Of a stretch of 64,000 nucleotides of DNA, positions 40,176-51,596 are shown piece after piece; the first letter of the stretch is position 1, and each line of letters starts with the position of its first letter. The stretch comes from Chloroflexota bacterium (lineage in GTDB: Bacteria > Chloroflexota > UBA11872 > VXOZ01). Made by a program: the position numbers and the translations under genes. The notes beneath the pieces were generated by a model, which was not told the origin of the DNA, ran no database searches, and saw nothing but the letters and a program-made list of their open reading frames with translations. The stretch spans positions 736,001 through 800,000 of the forward strand of contig OY760183.1 in NCBI GenBank assembly GCA_963663275.1. The letters run 5' to 3'.

Positions 40176-41792
40176 TTACCGCTCCAGCAGCCGTTGGGCG
40201 ATTGCCTTCGCCTCGTCGAGGCTTGTAGCGAACTGAGCGGCGGGAACGTGCTGCAGGACGTTGAGCGCGCCCAAAGAAGAGGCGGGTTGGCCGGTGAGGC
40301 TCATGATAATGCACTCGGTCTCTTCCGCTTTGGCGGTGTCGATCATCTGTTCCACCACCAGCGCCGCGCTGTCGTCCATGTAGACCGTCTCCGAGAAGTC
40401 CAGGATCACCACCTCGTGGTCGCGGATGTCCACGCTGATGGTGTTGATCAGCTTATTCGAGGAGGCGACGGAGAAACTGCCGCGCAGCGCCACCAGGCCC
40501 ACCCGCGCCGAGAACGTGTCCGCCGCTGCCACTTCTTCCTCACTCCCCAGGAAACTCTGGTCCAGCAGCGGCGCGGAGACCACGCGATCCAGTTCCAGGC
40601 GCTCGAACTGGCGCGCGCTCGCCATGCCCGCGGCGATCAGGCCGATGGCCACGGCGGTAACCAGATCCACGAATACGGTCAGCCCCATCGTAATCAGCAT
40701 CACCAGCAGGTGCTCGCGCTGCACCCGGTGGATGCGCGTGATGAACCGCCAGTCCACGATGTCCCAGCCGACCTTCATTAATATACCGGCCAGCACCGCG
40801 TGGGGAATCGCCTCCACGTACCGGCCCAGGCCCAGCACCAGCGCCAGCAGGATGGCCGCCCGCAGCGCGCCGGATACCTGCGTCTGGCCGCCGGCGCGGA
40901 TGTTCACCACCGTTCCCATGGTGGCCCCGGCCCCCGGCAGGCCGCCAATGAACCCGGCCACCATATTGCCGATGCCCTGCCCGACCAGTTCGCGGTTCGG
41001 ATTGTGGCGCGTGCGCGTTATGGCGTCGGCGATCAGGGAGGTGAGCAGGCTGTCGATCGAGCCGAGCAGCGCCAGGATCAGGGCGGGCTGGATGGCCTTC
41101 ACCAGCAGGCCCAGGGAGAGCATCGGCAACGCGATCTCCGGCAGACCCGTGGGCACCTCGCCAATCACCGGCACGCCGGTCAGCCACAGCACGCCCAGCA
41201 GTGTGCCCGCCACCAGCGCCGCCAGCGTGGGCGGAAAGTAGCGCCGCAACTGCTGGGGCCACAGGATGCCCACCACCAGCGTTACGGCGGCAATGGCGAA
41301 CGCGCTGAAGTTTACGTTGCCGAGCGCCTGCGGCCAGGCGCGCACCACGCCCACCGGCCCGCCCGTTGCGCCCGCCGCGCCCAGAAACGGCAGGGTCTGC
41401 AAGAGCATGATGATGATGCCGATGCCGGACATGAAGCCGGAAATCACCGAATAGGGCGTAAAGGCCACGAAGCGGCCAATGCGCAGCACGCCCAGCAGGA
41501 TTTGAATCAGGCCCGCCAGGATGACGATGGTGAAGGCCTCGGCCAGAGTGTCGGCGTGGGTGGTGACGATCACCGCCATTGCCACGGCCATGGGGCCGGT
41601 GGGACCGGAAATCTGCGAGCGCGTGCCGCCAAAGACCGCCGCGAAGAAGCCGACCGCGATCGCGCCGTAGATGCCCGCCAGCGCCCCCAGGCCGGAGGCC
41701 ACGCCAAAGGCCAACGACACCGGCAGTCCCACGACCGCCGCCGTGACGCCGCCAAAGACGTCCCCTCGGAGTGTCTGCAAATTGTAGTTCAC
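40176..41792 (-). CDS. SulP/SLC26 family anion transporter with STAS domain (BicA-like)
   Basis: LRGDVFGGVTAAVVGLPVSLAFGVASG, QISGPTGPM, NRELVGQGIGN, VILDFSETVYMDDSA. Confidence 0.93.
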   Translation of the reverse strand: MNYNLQTLRGDVFGGVTAAVVGLPVSLAFGVASGLGALAGIYGAIAVGFFAAVFGGTRSQISGPTGPMAVAMAVIVTTHADTLAEAFTIVILAGLIQILLGVLRIGRFVAFTPYSVISGFMSGIGIIIMLLQTLPFLGAAGATGGPVGVVRAWPQALGNVNFSAFAIAAVTLVVGILWPQQLRRYFPPTLAALVAGTLLGVLWLTGVPVIGEVPTGLPEIALPMLSLGLLVKAIQPALILALLGSIDSLLTSLIADAITRTRHNPNRELVGQGIGNMVAGFIGGLPGAGATMGTVVNIRAGGQTQVSGALRAAILLALVLGLGRYVEAIPHAVLAGILMKVGWDIVDWRFITRIHRVQREHLLVMLITMGLTVFVDLVTAVAIGLIAAGMASARQFERLELDRVVSAPLLDQSFLGSEEEVAAADTFSARVGLVALRGSFSVASSNKLINTISVDIRDHEVVILDFSETVYMDDSAALVVEQMIDTAKAEETECIIMSLTGQPASSLGALNVLQHVPAAQFATSLDEAKAIAQRLLER

Positions 41793-42160
41793 GTGGCGTG
41801 TTTGCTTTGCTGGCGCGGAGCGCGGCGGTTGCGCTCGCCGGCGCCCCTTCCTGGCGGCGGCAGCCCCGGGCGCGCGCCCCGGAGCCGTGCCGTCCGCCGC
41901 GCGTAGTCATGCTACCACACGAGAGTCGGCGTGTCAGAATGAAGCGCGGCCTACCCCGCCGCGCTGCTCCTACACTGCCAACCGCCTGGCAAATTCACCC
42001 AAAGGTCTCCCCCGGCGGCAGTAGGCGCAATGGCGCGTCACGAACGCCCGGGGTGAGCCAGCGCTTCCTTTAATTAAGAGAACAGCATTTAGAGTGGCGG
42101 CCGCATCTCGCCGCGCGTCCGCCGTTGGCCGCGGTGGGGGCCGTTATCCCCCGCGCGGGA

Positions 42161-42332
42161 CTGACAGGGGTAGGCATTCCACATCCGACTTCACGTGTCA
42201 TTCCGAGCGGAGCGCAGCGGAGAGTCGCTAAGAGCGCGGAATCTAAGGCTTTCGCTGCAAAGACATCGGTTCTAGATTCCGCGAACCCTGTTCGACGCTC
42301 CGCTCGGAATGACACTTGCCTACCCCTGGCAG
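42161..42332. mobile_element. MITE family B copy
   Basis: CTGACAGGGGTAGGCA / TGCCTACCCCTGGCAG; CCCGCGCGGG repeated on both sides, one base outside the TIRs. Confidence 0.85.
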
Positions 42333-42424
42333 TCCCGCGCGGGGGCGGAGAGCGGGAGCGGATCGGATTCCCCCGATTTTCTCCAGTTTTCTCGAATTTT
42401 CTCTGATTTTCGCCCTCAAATCCC

Positions 42425-42453
42425 TTGCACTATCTTTTCCTGCATGATATTTT
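42425..42453 (+). promoter_or_regulatory. Putative sigma70 promoter TTGCAC-17-TATTTT (TGn extended) for giant gene 1
   Basis: Same position in the cassette as 51035 and 60807; preceded by four TTTT tracts at exact 10-bp spacing. Confidence 0.7.
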
Positions 42454-42571
42454 GTCTAGTGAAAATAGTTGGGCTGTGAAACTAATTCATGATGGTACGA
42501 AAGCACATTAGAGTGAACAGTATCCGATGCGCTACAGTACAGCGCAAGCAACAGATGGGCAACAAGATTAT

Positions 42572-42696
42572 ATCGCGCATGGCCGAGAGGATCGGGACAC
42601 CGCTCCCGCCTCTCGCCTTGCCGTCCTCCATCCCCGCACGGGCTGCTCCGTCCTCTGGCCAGGACGGAGCGCCAGTGTTTGGCGGTTGGAGAACGG
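42572..42696 (+). ncRNA. Candidate structured leader RNA, copy 1
   Basis: Homologous to 51182-51306 and 60954-61078; stems GAGAGG/CCTCTC, CGGGA/TCCCG, CTCCA/TGGAG, GCTCCGTCCT/AGGACGGAGC. Confidence 0.55.
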
Positions 42697-42996
42697 ACGC
42701 GGCATCGAGCATGAGCATAGGCAAGGAAGCAGCCGGCGCTAGCCAGCCGGCTACAGAGGTGAGTCCGCGAGGCCACTTGATGACGGAGCGGACGTAAGCA
42801 GGAATGGCGGAGCGTTGCCGCGGAAAAGGACGGCACGCTCGCAGGTAGCGCCGCCAGCGCGCGCCGGCCGGAGAGCGCGGCAAGCCGAAGCGAAGCAGCA
42901 GATTGCGAGAGGGCTTGCCAGCGGGATTGCGGTCGAGAGCGAACGCGGCGGTAGGGGATAGAGTTCGGTAGTAGCAGGACAGCTATGGAGCGTGTC

Positions 42997-45900
42997 ATGA
43001 GCGGGACGGTTTCGGTAGGACGGCAGAACGCGCGCAAGCGCAATATCGGATGGCTGGCCTTGGCGCTGGCCCTGTTCACGGTAAGTTTTCTCATTTCTCC
43101 CATTGCCTCCGCGCAGGCGGCGGGCGTAAGCGGTTGGGCGGAGTCCGAGTCCGTCCAGACGCGACCGGAAGCGACCCCCACACCTAAGCCGGTTCCAACG
43201 CCAACGCCTGAACCGACAGCCACACCGACGCCGGAACCGACGGCCACACCGACGCCGGAACCCACGGCCACACCGACGCCGGAACCCACGGCCACACCGA
43301 CGCCGGAACCGACAGCGATACCGACGCCTGAACCAACGGCCACGCCGACCCCGGAACCGACAGCGATACCGACGCCGGAACCGACGCCTGAACCCACGGC
43401 CACACCGACCCCTGAGCCCACCGCAACGCCGACCCCTGAGCCGACTCCGGAACCCAAGGCGACCCCGACGCCTGTGCCGGCGCCGCAAGCGCCAAACGGC
43501 GTGAAAGCCACCCGGGGCAGCGGGACGCTGACGGTCAGTTGGAGCGCCGTAGATGGCGCGACCGGCTACAACGTCAATTGGACGGACGATAACAGGACTA
43601 GCTGGAACCGCGGCGCGAGCGACGTGAGCGGCACGAGCGTGACGCTCAAGAACGTGGACGATAGCAAAGACTACTACGTCTCCGTGCAGGCGGTGAACGC
43701 CGGCGGCGCCAGCGGCTGGACGGATTCCAGCCTCATACCGGCCGACCAGCCCTCCATCCAACCGACCGCGACACCGGCCCCGGCGGACCTCAGCTTCAGC
43801 GTCAACGACATTGCCGACCAGGACTACACCAAGGACGTCGCCTTCGTTACGCTGAACCTGCCTGAGGCCAGCGGCGGCAGCGGCGCGCTCACCTACAGCC
43901 TCTCCGGGACGCTGCCCGCGGGACTGAGCTTCGACGCCTCGGCGCGCACCATCAGCGGCACGCCTACGGAGGCCAAGGGCACGGTTGCCCTGACGTACAC
44001 GGCTACCGACGGCACGGACACCGCTTCCATCATGTTCAACCTGCGGGAGGCCTCGGAATACGCCCAGGCGGCGGCAAACCAAGCGCCCCAAACGATAGCC
44101 ACCACCCACAATACCCATCACCGGATATCGCCCTCGAGTGACCCCCCAGGCAGTGACAACGAGTGCTACCACAACCACGGGGTGTCGTACCCATCCGGCG
44201 AGAATAGCTATTTCAGTGACCCGGACGGCGACACGCTTACCATCACGTCGACCAGCTCGCATCCCGGGCTGGCAGCCATCACGCAGAACACCCCGGTCAG
44301 GATTCGCGCCAACCACCCCGCCGACACCTGGATAACCATAACCACCACGGCAACGGACCCCGGCGGCCTCTCCGCGAACTTCACCTGGCAGTACAAGATG
44401 ACCTGCACCACCGCCCTGTCGGTGAACGAGAACTCCGCCGCCGGCACCGACGTGGGCTCGGTGGGCAGAAAAGGTAATGGTAACGCCGCGGCCAGCAGCT
44501 ATACCATCGAAGGGGATGCCGCCAACGCTTTCACCATTAACAGCAGCAGCGGCCTGATCGAGGTGAAGTCCGGGGCGAGCCTGGACTACGAGACCAAGAC
44601 CAGCTACAGCGGCACGGTCAAGTACAAGGCATCCAAAACAGTGGATGGCACCAGCCACACCAACGATTCTGCCCGCAGCGTGACAATCAACATCAACAAC
44701 GTGGGCCCGCCGTCCATGAACGCGCCCACGGTGGCAGCGGACTCCTCAAATCCGACCGTCCAGCTGCTTGTGTCCTGGACGGCCCCGACCTCTACCCACC
44801 CCAACGGCATCACCGGCTACAATATACAGCACAGGCTGACCGGGGCCAGCAGTTGGACGAGCCTGAGTTTCAGCGGCACGGGAACCAGCAAGGAACTGAA
44901 CTGGCGCACCGCCGGCAAAAGCTACGACGTGCAGGTGCGGGCCATCGACGGCGAGGGCACCGGCGCCTGGTCCGCCTCCGGCACCGGCACCACCCAGTAC
45001 ACCACGCAGACGCGCGACATCGCCGAGAACTCGGCGGCGAACACCAACGTGGGCGCGGCAGTGGATGCCGATTCCAACCCCAACGGCTACACCCTGAGCT
45101 ACGCGCTGAGCGGAACCGACGCCAGCAGTTTCAACATCAACTCGTCCACCGGGCAAATCACGGTGAAGTCGGGAACCAACCTGGACTACGAAACCAAGTC
45201 GTCTTACAGCGTCATCGTCACCATGACGGCCTCCGGGGGCAGCGGCACCGGCACCGGCAGCACCGGCCTCAGCCCCAACGGGACGGGCGATTACGTCATC
45301 CCGGTAACCATCGACGTAACCGACGTGAACGAAACGCCCCAGTTTCCGACTGGCCCGCTAACCCGCAGCATCGCCGAAAACTCGGCGGCGGGCACCAACA
45401 TCGGCACGGCGGTTACCGCCAGCGCCGGCCAGGCCGCGTTGACCTACTCGCTTACGGGAACCAACGCCAGCGACTTCGACATCGTATCAACCACCGGACA
45501 AATACAAGTCAAGTCGGCCCTGAACTACGAATCCAAGACCTCGTACACCGTGACGGTGAACGTAACCGACGGCAAGGACAGCATGAACGATGACGACAAC
45601 AGCATCGACGACACCGTCACCGTAACCATCAACGTGACGGACGTGAACGAGCCGCCGGCCAAGCCGGCCGCGCCGTCGGTGTCGGTGAACAGCACGACGC
45701 CGACCAGCAAGCTGGACGCGAGTTGGACGGCGCCGGACATGACCGGCAAGCCGGCGATAACCGACTACGACGTGCAGTACCGGCAGGTGGGCGCTACTAA
45801 CTGGACGGACGCTTCGTTCACGGGCACGGGCACGAGCACGACCCTGAGCAGCCTGACCGCGAGCAAGAGCTACGAGGTGCAGGTGCGGGCCACGAACGAC

Positions 45901-48900
45901 GAAGGGACGAGCGCCTGGTCGGATTCGGGCACGGCGATCACCGACGGCAGCGCGGTGACCCGCAGCATCGCGGAGAATTCGCCGGCGGGGACGGCCGTAG
46001 GGGCCGCGGTAACGGCGAGTTCCAACCCGAACAGCTACACCTTGACGCACAGTCTGAGCGGAACGGACGCCGGCAGCTTTACGATCGAGAGCGGGACCGG
46101 GCAGATAAAGGTGAAGACGGGCACGAACCTGGACTACGAGACGAAGAAGAGCTACAGCGTGACGGTGACGGTGAAGGCGGCGGTGGCGCAGACCCAAGGC
46201 GCAAGCGAGTCGTCGGTGGCGCCCAACAATCCCGGCAATTACGTGATACCGGTGACGATCAACGTGACCGACGTGAACGAAAAGCCGGAGTTTACCGACG
46301 ACACGGCCACGCGGAGCATCGCCGAGAATTCGGCGGTAGGGACGAACGTGGGCGCGGTAGTGACGGCGAGCGACGTGGACGGCGACACGCTGGAGTATTC
46401 GCTGACGGGCACCGACGCCGGGAAGTTCGACATTGGGTCGGGCACGGGCCAGATCACGGTGAAGACGGGCTACGTGCCCGACTACGAGGCAAAGACCTCG
46501 TACAGCGTGACGGTGAACGTGAGCGACAAGAAGAACGCGAGCGGCACGGCGGACACGGTAATCGACGATACGATTGCGGTGACGATCAACGTGACGGACG
46601 TGAACGAGCCGCCGGCCAAGCCGGCCGCGCCGACGGTGACGATCCATTCCACCTCGCCCACGTCGAAGCTGGACGTAAGCTGGACGGCGCCGGACATGAC
46701 CGGCAAGCCGGCCATCAGCGACTACGACGTGCAGTACCGGCAGGTGGGCGCTGCTAGCTGGACGGACGCCTCGCACAGCGGAACGGGCACGAGCCTGACG
46801 TTGAGCAGCCTGACGGCGGGCAAGACCTACGAGGTGCAGGTGCGCGCCACGAATGATGAAGGGACGAGCCCCTGGTCGGATTCGGGCACGGCGATTACCG
46901 ACGGGAACGCGGTGAGCCGCAGCATCGCCGAGAACTCGGCGGCGGGCACGGCGGTAGGCGCGGCGGTAACGGCGACGTCCAATCCGAACAACTACACCTT
47001 GACGCACACGATGAGTGGGACGGACGCCGGGAAGTTCAGCATCGATAGCGGGACGGGTCAGATCAGCGTGGGTACGGGTACGACTCTGGACTACGAGACG
47101 AAGACGAGTTACAGCGTGACGGTGACGGTAGCGGCGGCGAGTAGCGGCGGCGGCGCCCAGGGCGCGTCGGTGTCGCCGAACAATCCCGGCAACTACGTGA
47201 TACCGGTGACGATCAATGTGACGGACGTGAATGAAGGGCCGGAGTTTTCCGACGACACGGCCACGCGGAGCATCGCCGAGAACTCGGCGGTGGGGACGAA
47301 CGTGGGCGCGGTAGTGACGGCGACCGACCCTGAGGGCGATACGATTACCTATTCGCTGACGGGAACCGACGCGGCCAAGTTCAGCATCGATAGCGCGACG
47401 GGCCAGATCAGCGTGGGCACGGGCACGACGCTGGACTACGAGAGCAAGACCTCGTACAGCGTGACGGTGAACGCGACCGATAAGAAGAAGGCGGACGGCA
47501 CGGCGGACACGGCGATCGACGACACGATCGCGGTGACGATCAACGTAACGGACGTGAACGAACCGCCGGCCAAGCCGGCCGCGCCGAGGGTGGCGGTCAA
47601 CGCCGCCTCTCCGGAAACGAAGCTGGACGTGAGTTGGACGGCGCCGACGATGACCGGCAAGCCGGCCATAACCGACTACGATGTGCAGTACCGGAAGCAC
47701 GGTGACGCGAACTGGACGGACGCCTCGTTCACAGGCGCGGGCACGAGCACGACGCTGACGGGCTTGACGTCCGGCAAGAGCTATGAGGTGCAGGTGCGGG
47801 CCACGAATGATGAAGGGACGAGCCCCTGGTCGGATTCTGGCACGGCGATTACCGACGCGAACGCGGTGAGCCGCAGTGTGCCGGAGAACTCTGCGGCGGG
47901 CACGAACGTGGGCGCGGCGGTAACGGCGAGTTCCAACCCGAACGGCTATACCCTGACGCACAGTTTGAGCGGCACGGACGCCGGCAAGTTCACGATTGAG
48001 AGCGGCAGCGGCCAGATAAAGGTAAAGACGGGCACGAACCTGGACTACGAGACGAAGAATTCGTACAGCGTGATCGTGACGATAGCGGCGGCCTCGGGCG
48101 GCGGCGCCCAGGGCGCGTCGGTGACGCCGAACAATCCGGGTAACTACGTGATCCCGGTGACGATCAACGTGACGGACGTGAATGAAGCGCCGGAGTTTAC
48201 CGACGACACGGCCACGCGGAGCATCGCCGAGAACTCGGCGGTGGGTACGAACGTGGGGGCCGTGGTGACGGCGAGCGACGTGGACGGCGATACGCTGGAG
48301 TATTCGCTGACGGGAACCGACGCGGCTAAGTTCGACATTGGGTCGGGCACGGGCCAGATCACGGTGAAGACGGGCTACGTGCCCGACTATGAGGCGAAGA
48401 CCTCGTACAGCGTGACGGTGAACGTGAGCGATAAGAAGAATGCGAGCGGCACGGCGGACACGGTGATCGACGACACGATCGCGGTGACGATCAACGTCAC
48501 GGACGTGAACGAGCCGCCGGGCAAGCCGGCCGCGCCGACGGTGACCATCCATTCCACCTCGCCGGAAACCAAGCTGGACGTGAGTTGGACGGCGCCGGAC
48601 ATGACGGGCAAGCCGGCGATCAGCGACTACGACGTGCAGTATCGGCAGGTGGGCGCTGCTAACTGGACGGACGCCTGGCACAGCGGGACGGGCACGAGCC
48701 TGACGCTGAGCGGCCTGACCGCGGGCAAGACCTACGAGGTGCAGGTGCGGGCCACGAACGATGAGGGCGCCGGGCCCTGGTCGGATTCGGGCTCGGCCAT
48801 AACCGACGGGGACGCGATCACGCGCAACATCGCCGAGAATTCACCGGCGGGTACGGCGGTAGGGGCGGCGGTGACGGCCAGTTCCAATCCGAACAACTAT

Positions 48901-50433
48901 ACCTTGACGCACACGATGAGCGGCACGGACGCCGGCAAGTTCAGCATCGATAGCGGGACGGGTCAGATAAGCGTGGGTACAGGGACGGTGCTGGACTACG
49001 AGACCAAGAATTCGTACAGCGTAATCGTGACGGTCGCGGCGGCGCAGAGCCAGAGCCAAGGCGCCCAGGGCGCATCGGTGTCGCCGAACAATCCCGGTAG
49101 TTACGTGATACCGGTGACGATCAACGTGACGGACGTGAACGAAAAGCCGGAATTTACGGATGGGACGTCAACCACGCGCAGCATCGCCGAGAACTCGCCG
49201 GTAGGGACGAACGTGGGCGCGGCGGTGGCCGCTACGGACGTAGACGGCGACACGCTGACCTATTCGCTGGCGGGGACGGACGCGGACTCGTTTACAATCG
49301 TAGCGTCCACCGGCCAGATACAGGTGAAGGACGTTCCCGACTACGAGGCGAAGACCTCGTACAGCGTGACGGTAGGCGTGAGCGACGGCAAGGACTCTCA
49401 AGGCAACGCGGACACGGCGATCGACGCGACGATTGCGGTGACGATCAACGTGACGGACGTGGATGAGCCGCCGGACGCGCCGGACGCGCCGGCGGTGTCG
49501 GGGCACGACACGTCGCCGAGGAGGAAGCTGAACGTGAAGTGGAAAGCGCCGGACATGACGGGCAAGCCGCCGATCACCGACTACGACGTGCGGTACCGCA
49601 TAGAGAACTCCGGCACGTGGATGGACGCGTCGTTCAGCGGGACGGGCACGAGCACGACGCTGACCGGCCTGTCCGAGGACACCACGTATGAGGTGCAGGT
49701 GAAGGCCTGGAACGACGAGGGCGAGAGCGGATGGTCGACGATGGGCCGGGGCAGGACGGATCTGTATGTAGCGCCGAACGTGCAAGCAACGCCGACGCCG
49801 GTGCTAGACCCCTCGGCGCCGCACGTGCCGGGGCCGAATTCCCCCGTCGTCTTGGGCAAGAGCGCGTGCGCGACAGCCTATGACTTTGGGAAGACGATGC
49901 ACGTGGACCGGCACGACGGCGGAGCGGACCTGGACATCGAGATAGGCTCCATCTCGGCCGACGGCAGCAAGATTGTGGTGGCGGGCTTCATCCGGGACGG
50001 CGACCTGGGTCAGACCTATAGCGTGGTGCGCTACGAGGCCGACGGCCGCGTGGTGCGGGTGTGGGTGGATCCGGACGACCCGTTGATCCGTGAAATCCCC
50101 TGGGCAGAGGTGAACACGAAGTACACGGTGCCGGTCTGCGTGGTGGTGTCGATACCGCTGGACGACCAGTTCCCGGCTCTGGGGCAGATGGTGCGGCGCT
50201 TCGACGGCCAGGACGACCGCATCTTCCGCCACGTGGGCAACCTGGTGTGGCGTCACATACCGGACGAAGGCACGTTCCAGTCGCTGGGGTACTACTGGTG
50301 CAACGTGACGGCGGCCAATGCGGGCTACTTCAAGAATATCAACATTGGCGAGCCGCTCCCCAGCAGCGGGACGGCGCCGCAGGGCGACTACCCAAGTTGT
50401 TGGGTCTGGGGAGAGGAGCCTCGCTCCAGGTAA
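42997..50433 (+). CDS. Giant secreted surface protein/adhesin 1: signal peptide, Pro/Thr linker, Fn3, putative Ig, about five Fn3-cadherin-cadherin units, conserved C-terminal domain
   Basis: ~2480-aa ORF; [23 protein letters not shown] cadherin motifs; VSWTAP..YDVQYR..YEVQVRA Fn3 motifs; GGAG 6 nt before ATG 42997. Confidence 0.93.
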   Translation: MSGTVSVGRQNARKRNIGWLALALALFTVSFLISPIASAQAAGVSGWAESESVQTRPEATPTPKPVPTPTPEPTATPTPEPTATPTPEPTATPTPEPTATPTPEPTAIPTPEPTATPTPEPTAIPTPEPTPEPTATPTPEPTATPTPEPTPEPKATPTPVPAPQAPNGVKATRGSGTLTVSWSAVDGATGYNVNWTDDNRTSWNRGASDVSGTSVTLKNVDDSKDYYVSVQAVNAGGASGWTDSSLIPADQPSIQPTATPAPADLSFSVNDIADQDYTKDVAFVTLNLPEASGGSGALTYSLSGTLPAGLSFDASARTISGTPTEAKGTVALTYTATDGTDTASIMFNLREASEYAQAAANQAPQTIATTHNTHHRISPSSDPPGSDNECYHNHGVSYPSGENSYFSDPDGDTLTITSTSSHPGLAAITQNTPVRIRANHPADTWITITTTATDPGGLSANFTWQYKMTCTTALSVNENSAAGTDVGSVGRKGNGNAAASSYTIEGDAANAFTINSSSGLIEVKSGASLDYETKTSYSGTVKYKASKTVDGTSHTNDSARSVTININNVGPPSMNAPTVAADSSNPTVQLLVSWTAPTSTHPNGITGYNIQHRLTGASSWTSLSFSGTGTSKELNWRTAGKSYDVQVRAIDGEGTGAWSASGTGTTQYTTQTRDIAENSAANTNVGAAVDADSNPNGYTLSYALSGTDASSFNINSSTGQITVKSGTNLDYETKSSYSVIVTMTASGGSGTGTGSTGLSPNGTGDYVIPVTIDVTDVNETPQFPTGPLTRSIAENSAAGTNIGTAVTASAGQAALTYSLTGTNASDFDIVSTTGQIQVKSALNYESKTSYTVTVNVTDGKDSMNDDDNSIDDTVTVTINVTDVNEPPAKPAAPSVSVNSTTPTSKLDASWTAPDMTGKPAITDYDVQYRQVGATNWTDASFTGTGTSTTLSSLTASKSYEVQVRATNDEGTSAWSDSGTAITDGSAVTRSIAENSPAGTAVGAAVTASSNPNSYTLTHSLSGTDAGSFTIESGTGQIKVKTGTNLDYETKKSYSVTVTVKAAVAQTQGASESSVAPNNPGNYVIPVTINVTDVNEKPEFTDDTATRSIAENSAVGTNVGAVVTASDVDGDTLEYSLTGTDAGKFDIGSGTGQITVKTGYVPDYEAKTSYSVTVNVSDKKNASGTADTVIDDTIAVTINVTDVNEPPAKPAAPTVTIHSTSPTSKLDVSWTAPDMTGKPAISDYDVQYRQVGAASWTDASHSGTGTSLTLSSLTAGKTYEVQVRATNDEGTSPWSDSGTAITDGNAVSRSIAENSAAGTAVGAAVTATSNPNNYTLTHTMSGTDAGKFSIDSGTGQISVGTGTTLDYETKTSYSVTVTVAAASSGGGAQGASVSPNNPGNYVIPVTINVTDVNEGPEFSDDTATRSIAENSAVGTNVGAVVTATDPEGDTITYSLTGTDAAKFSIDSATGQISVGTGTTLDYESKTSYSVTVNATDKKKADGTADTAIDDTIAVTINVTDVNEPPAKPAAPRVAVNAASPETKLDVSWTAPTMTGKPAITDYDVQYRKHGDANWTDASFTGAGTSTTLTGLTSGKSYEVQVRATNDEGTSPWSDSGTAITDANAVSRSVPENSAAGTNVGAAVTASSNPNGYTLTHSLSGTDAGKFTIESGSGQIKVKTGTNLDYETKNSYSVIVTIAAASGGGAQGASVTPNNPGNYVIPVTINVTDVNEAPEFTDDTATRSIAENSAVGTNVGAVVTASDVDGDTLEYSLTGTDAAKFDIGSGTGQITVKTGYVPDYEAKTSYSVTVNVSDKKNASGTADTVIDDTIAVTINVTDVNEPPGKPAAPTVTIHSTSPETKLDVSWTAPDMTGKPAISDYDVQYRQVGAANWTDAWHSGTGTSLTLSGLTAGKTYEVQVRATNDEGAGPWSDSGSAITDGDAITRNIAENSPAGTAVGAAVTASSNPNNYTLTHTMSGTDAGKFSIDSGTGQISVGTGTVLDYETKNSYSVIVTVAAAQSQSQGAQGASVSPNNPGSYVIPVTINVTDVNEKPEFTDGTSTTRSIAENSPVGTNVGAAVAATDVDGDTLTYSLAGTDADSFTIVASTGQIQVKDVPDYEAKTSYSVTVGVSDGKDSQGNADTAIDATIAVTINVTDVDEPPDAPDAPAVSGHDTSPRRKLNVKWKAPDMTGKPPITDYDVRYRIENSGTWMDASFSGTGTSTTLTGLSEDTTYEVQVKAWNDEGESGWSTMGRGRTDLYVAPNVQATPTPVLDPSAPHVPGPNSPVVLGKSACATAYDFGKTMHVDRHDGGADLDIEIGSISADGSKIVVAGFIRDGDLGQTYSVVRYEADGRVVRVWVDPDDPLIREIPWAEVNTKYTVPVCVVVSIPLDDQFPALGQMVRRFDGQDDRIFRHVGNLVWRHIPDEGTFQSLGYYWCNVTAANAGYFKNINIGEPLPSSGTAPQGDYPSCWVWGEEPRSR

Positions 50434-50513
50434 CGCCGGGCCGCCGGACGTAGGGTGACGGCGTCCGCACAGAAGAAGAGGTTGGCCGACGGCGTACGTA
50501 GAGAAGAAGCGAT

Positions 50514-50551
50514 GAGGCCGTCCCGCGGAGACACATCCGCGGGACGGCCTC
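50514..50551 (+). terminator. GC-rich 16-bp stem-loop downstream of giant gene 1
   Basis: GAGGCCGTCCCGCGGA-GACACA-TCCGCGGGACGGCCTC; homologue follows gene 2; U-tract weak. Confidence 0.6.
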
Positions 50552-50688
50552 TCTTCGCGTGCCGCACTCCCCCCCCCCCCCCCATGCCGCCGCGCCCCTG
50601 AACCCCCTCGCGTAATCTCCCCCTCACCCTAACCCTCTCCCCCAGGGAGAGGGGACAGGAGGCGCTCCTTTAACTCCCTCTCCCCCAG

Positions 50689-50834
50689 CTGACAGGGGTA
50701 GGCAAGTGTCATTCCGAGCGGAGCGAGGAATCTAGGACCGACGTTTTTGCAGCGAAAGCCTTAGATTCCTCTCTCCGCTGCGCTCCGCTCGGAATGACAC
50801 GTGAAGTCGGATGTAGAATGCCTACCCCTGTCAG
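50689..50834. mobile_element. MITE family B copy inserted in a CCCTCTCCCCCAGGGAGAGGG hairpin array
   Basis: Perfect 16-bp TIRs; flanking direct repeat CTCTCCCCCAG; body resembles 42161-42332 inverted. Confidence 0.88.
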
Positions 50835-51034
50835 CTCTCCCCCAGGGAGAGGGGACAGGAGGCACTCCTTTTACTCCCTCTCCCCCAGGGAGAGGGGACA
50901 GGAGGCGCTCCTTTTACTCCCTCTCCCCCAGGGAGAGGGCCGGGGTGAGGGGGGCGCGCAGGGTGGGATATACCCAATTTTCTCGGTTTTTCCAGGTTTT
51001 CTCGGATTTTCTCCCATTTTCTTGCCAAAACCGC

Positions 51035-51063
51035 TTGCACTGCTTTTGTGCGTTGTGTATTAT
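51035..51063 (+). promoter_or_regulatory. Putative sigma70 promoter TTGCAC-17-TATTAT for giant gene 2
   Basis: Near-consensus boxes with 17-bp spacer; five phased T-tracts upstream. Confidence 0.75.
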
Positions 51064-51181
51064 CTGTGTATGTCATTAGATGCAAACGCAACTGATGAAG
51101 GACGGTAGGACAGCACATAGTATGAACCAGTATCCTGTTGCGCTCACTGTGTGTGAAAAGGCACAGGAACAAGCGGACTGT

Positions 51182-51306
51182 ATCGCGCATGGCCGAGAGG
51201 TTCGGGGGACGCCCCCGCCTTTCGCCGTGCCGTCCTCCATCCCCGCACAGGCTGCTCCGTCCTCGACCCAGGGCGGAGCGCCGGTGTTTACCGGATGGAG
51301 CGCAGC
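51182..51306 (+). ncRNA. Candidate structured leader RNA, copy 2
   Basis: Stems GAGAGG/CCTTTC, CGGGG/CCCCG, CTCCATCC/GGATGGAG, GCTCCGTCCT/AGGGCGGAGC. Confidence 0.55.
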
Positions 51307-51596
51307 CGCCAAGCGGGTCACTAGTAGTGTAGCAGGCGCTAGCCGGCCGGCTACAGCGGAGGCAAGCAGAAAAATGGAGGAAGCAGCCAAGTAGGTCTTA
51401 GCCTGAGTGGAGCCGGCGCGGGACGCCAGCACGCTTACAGGCAACGCCGCCAGCGCGCGCCGACCGGCAACGCGGCAAGCCGGAGAGAGTAGCCAGAGTT
51501 TTGACGGAGAGGGTTTGCGGCAGGGTTGCGGTCGGGAACGGGCGCTGCGGTCAGGGGACAGAGTTCGGTGACGGCAGGAAAGCTTTGGAGCGTGTC

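Noticed and set aside
43170-43480. 24-nt tandem repeats (also near 62110-62390)
   Set aside because: They encode ordinary in-frame PEPTATPT linkers; not a separate element.
50569-50583. C15 homopolymer as a phase-variation switch
   Set aside because: It is intergenic, downstream of the terminator-like hairpin and about 450 nt from the next promoter; it may also be a sequencing artefact.
50620-50950. Tandem ~43-bp hairpin units (also 39640-40120) as a possible CRISPR array
   Set aside because: The spacers are near-identical rather than unique, the units belong to the dispersed REP-like family, and no cas genes are present.
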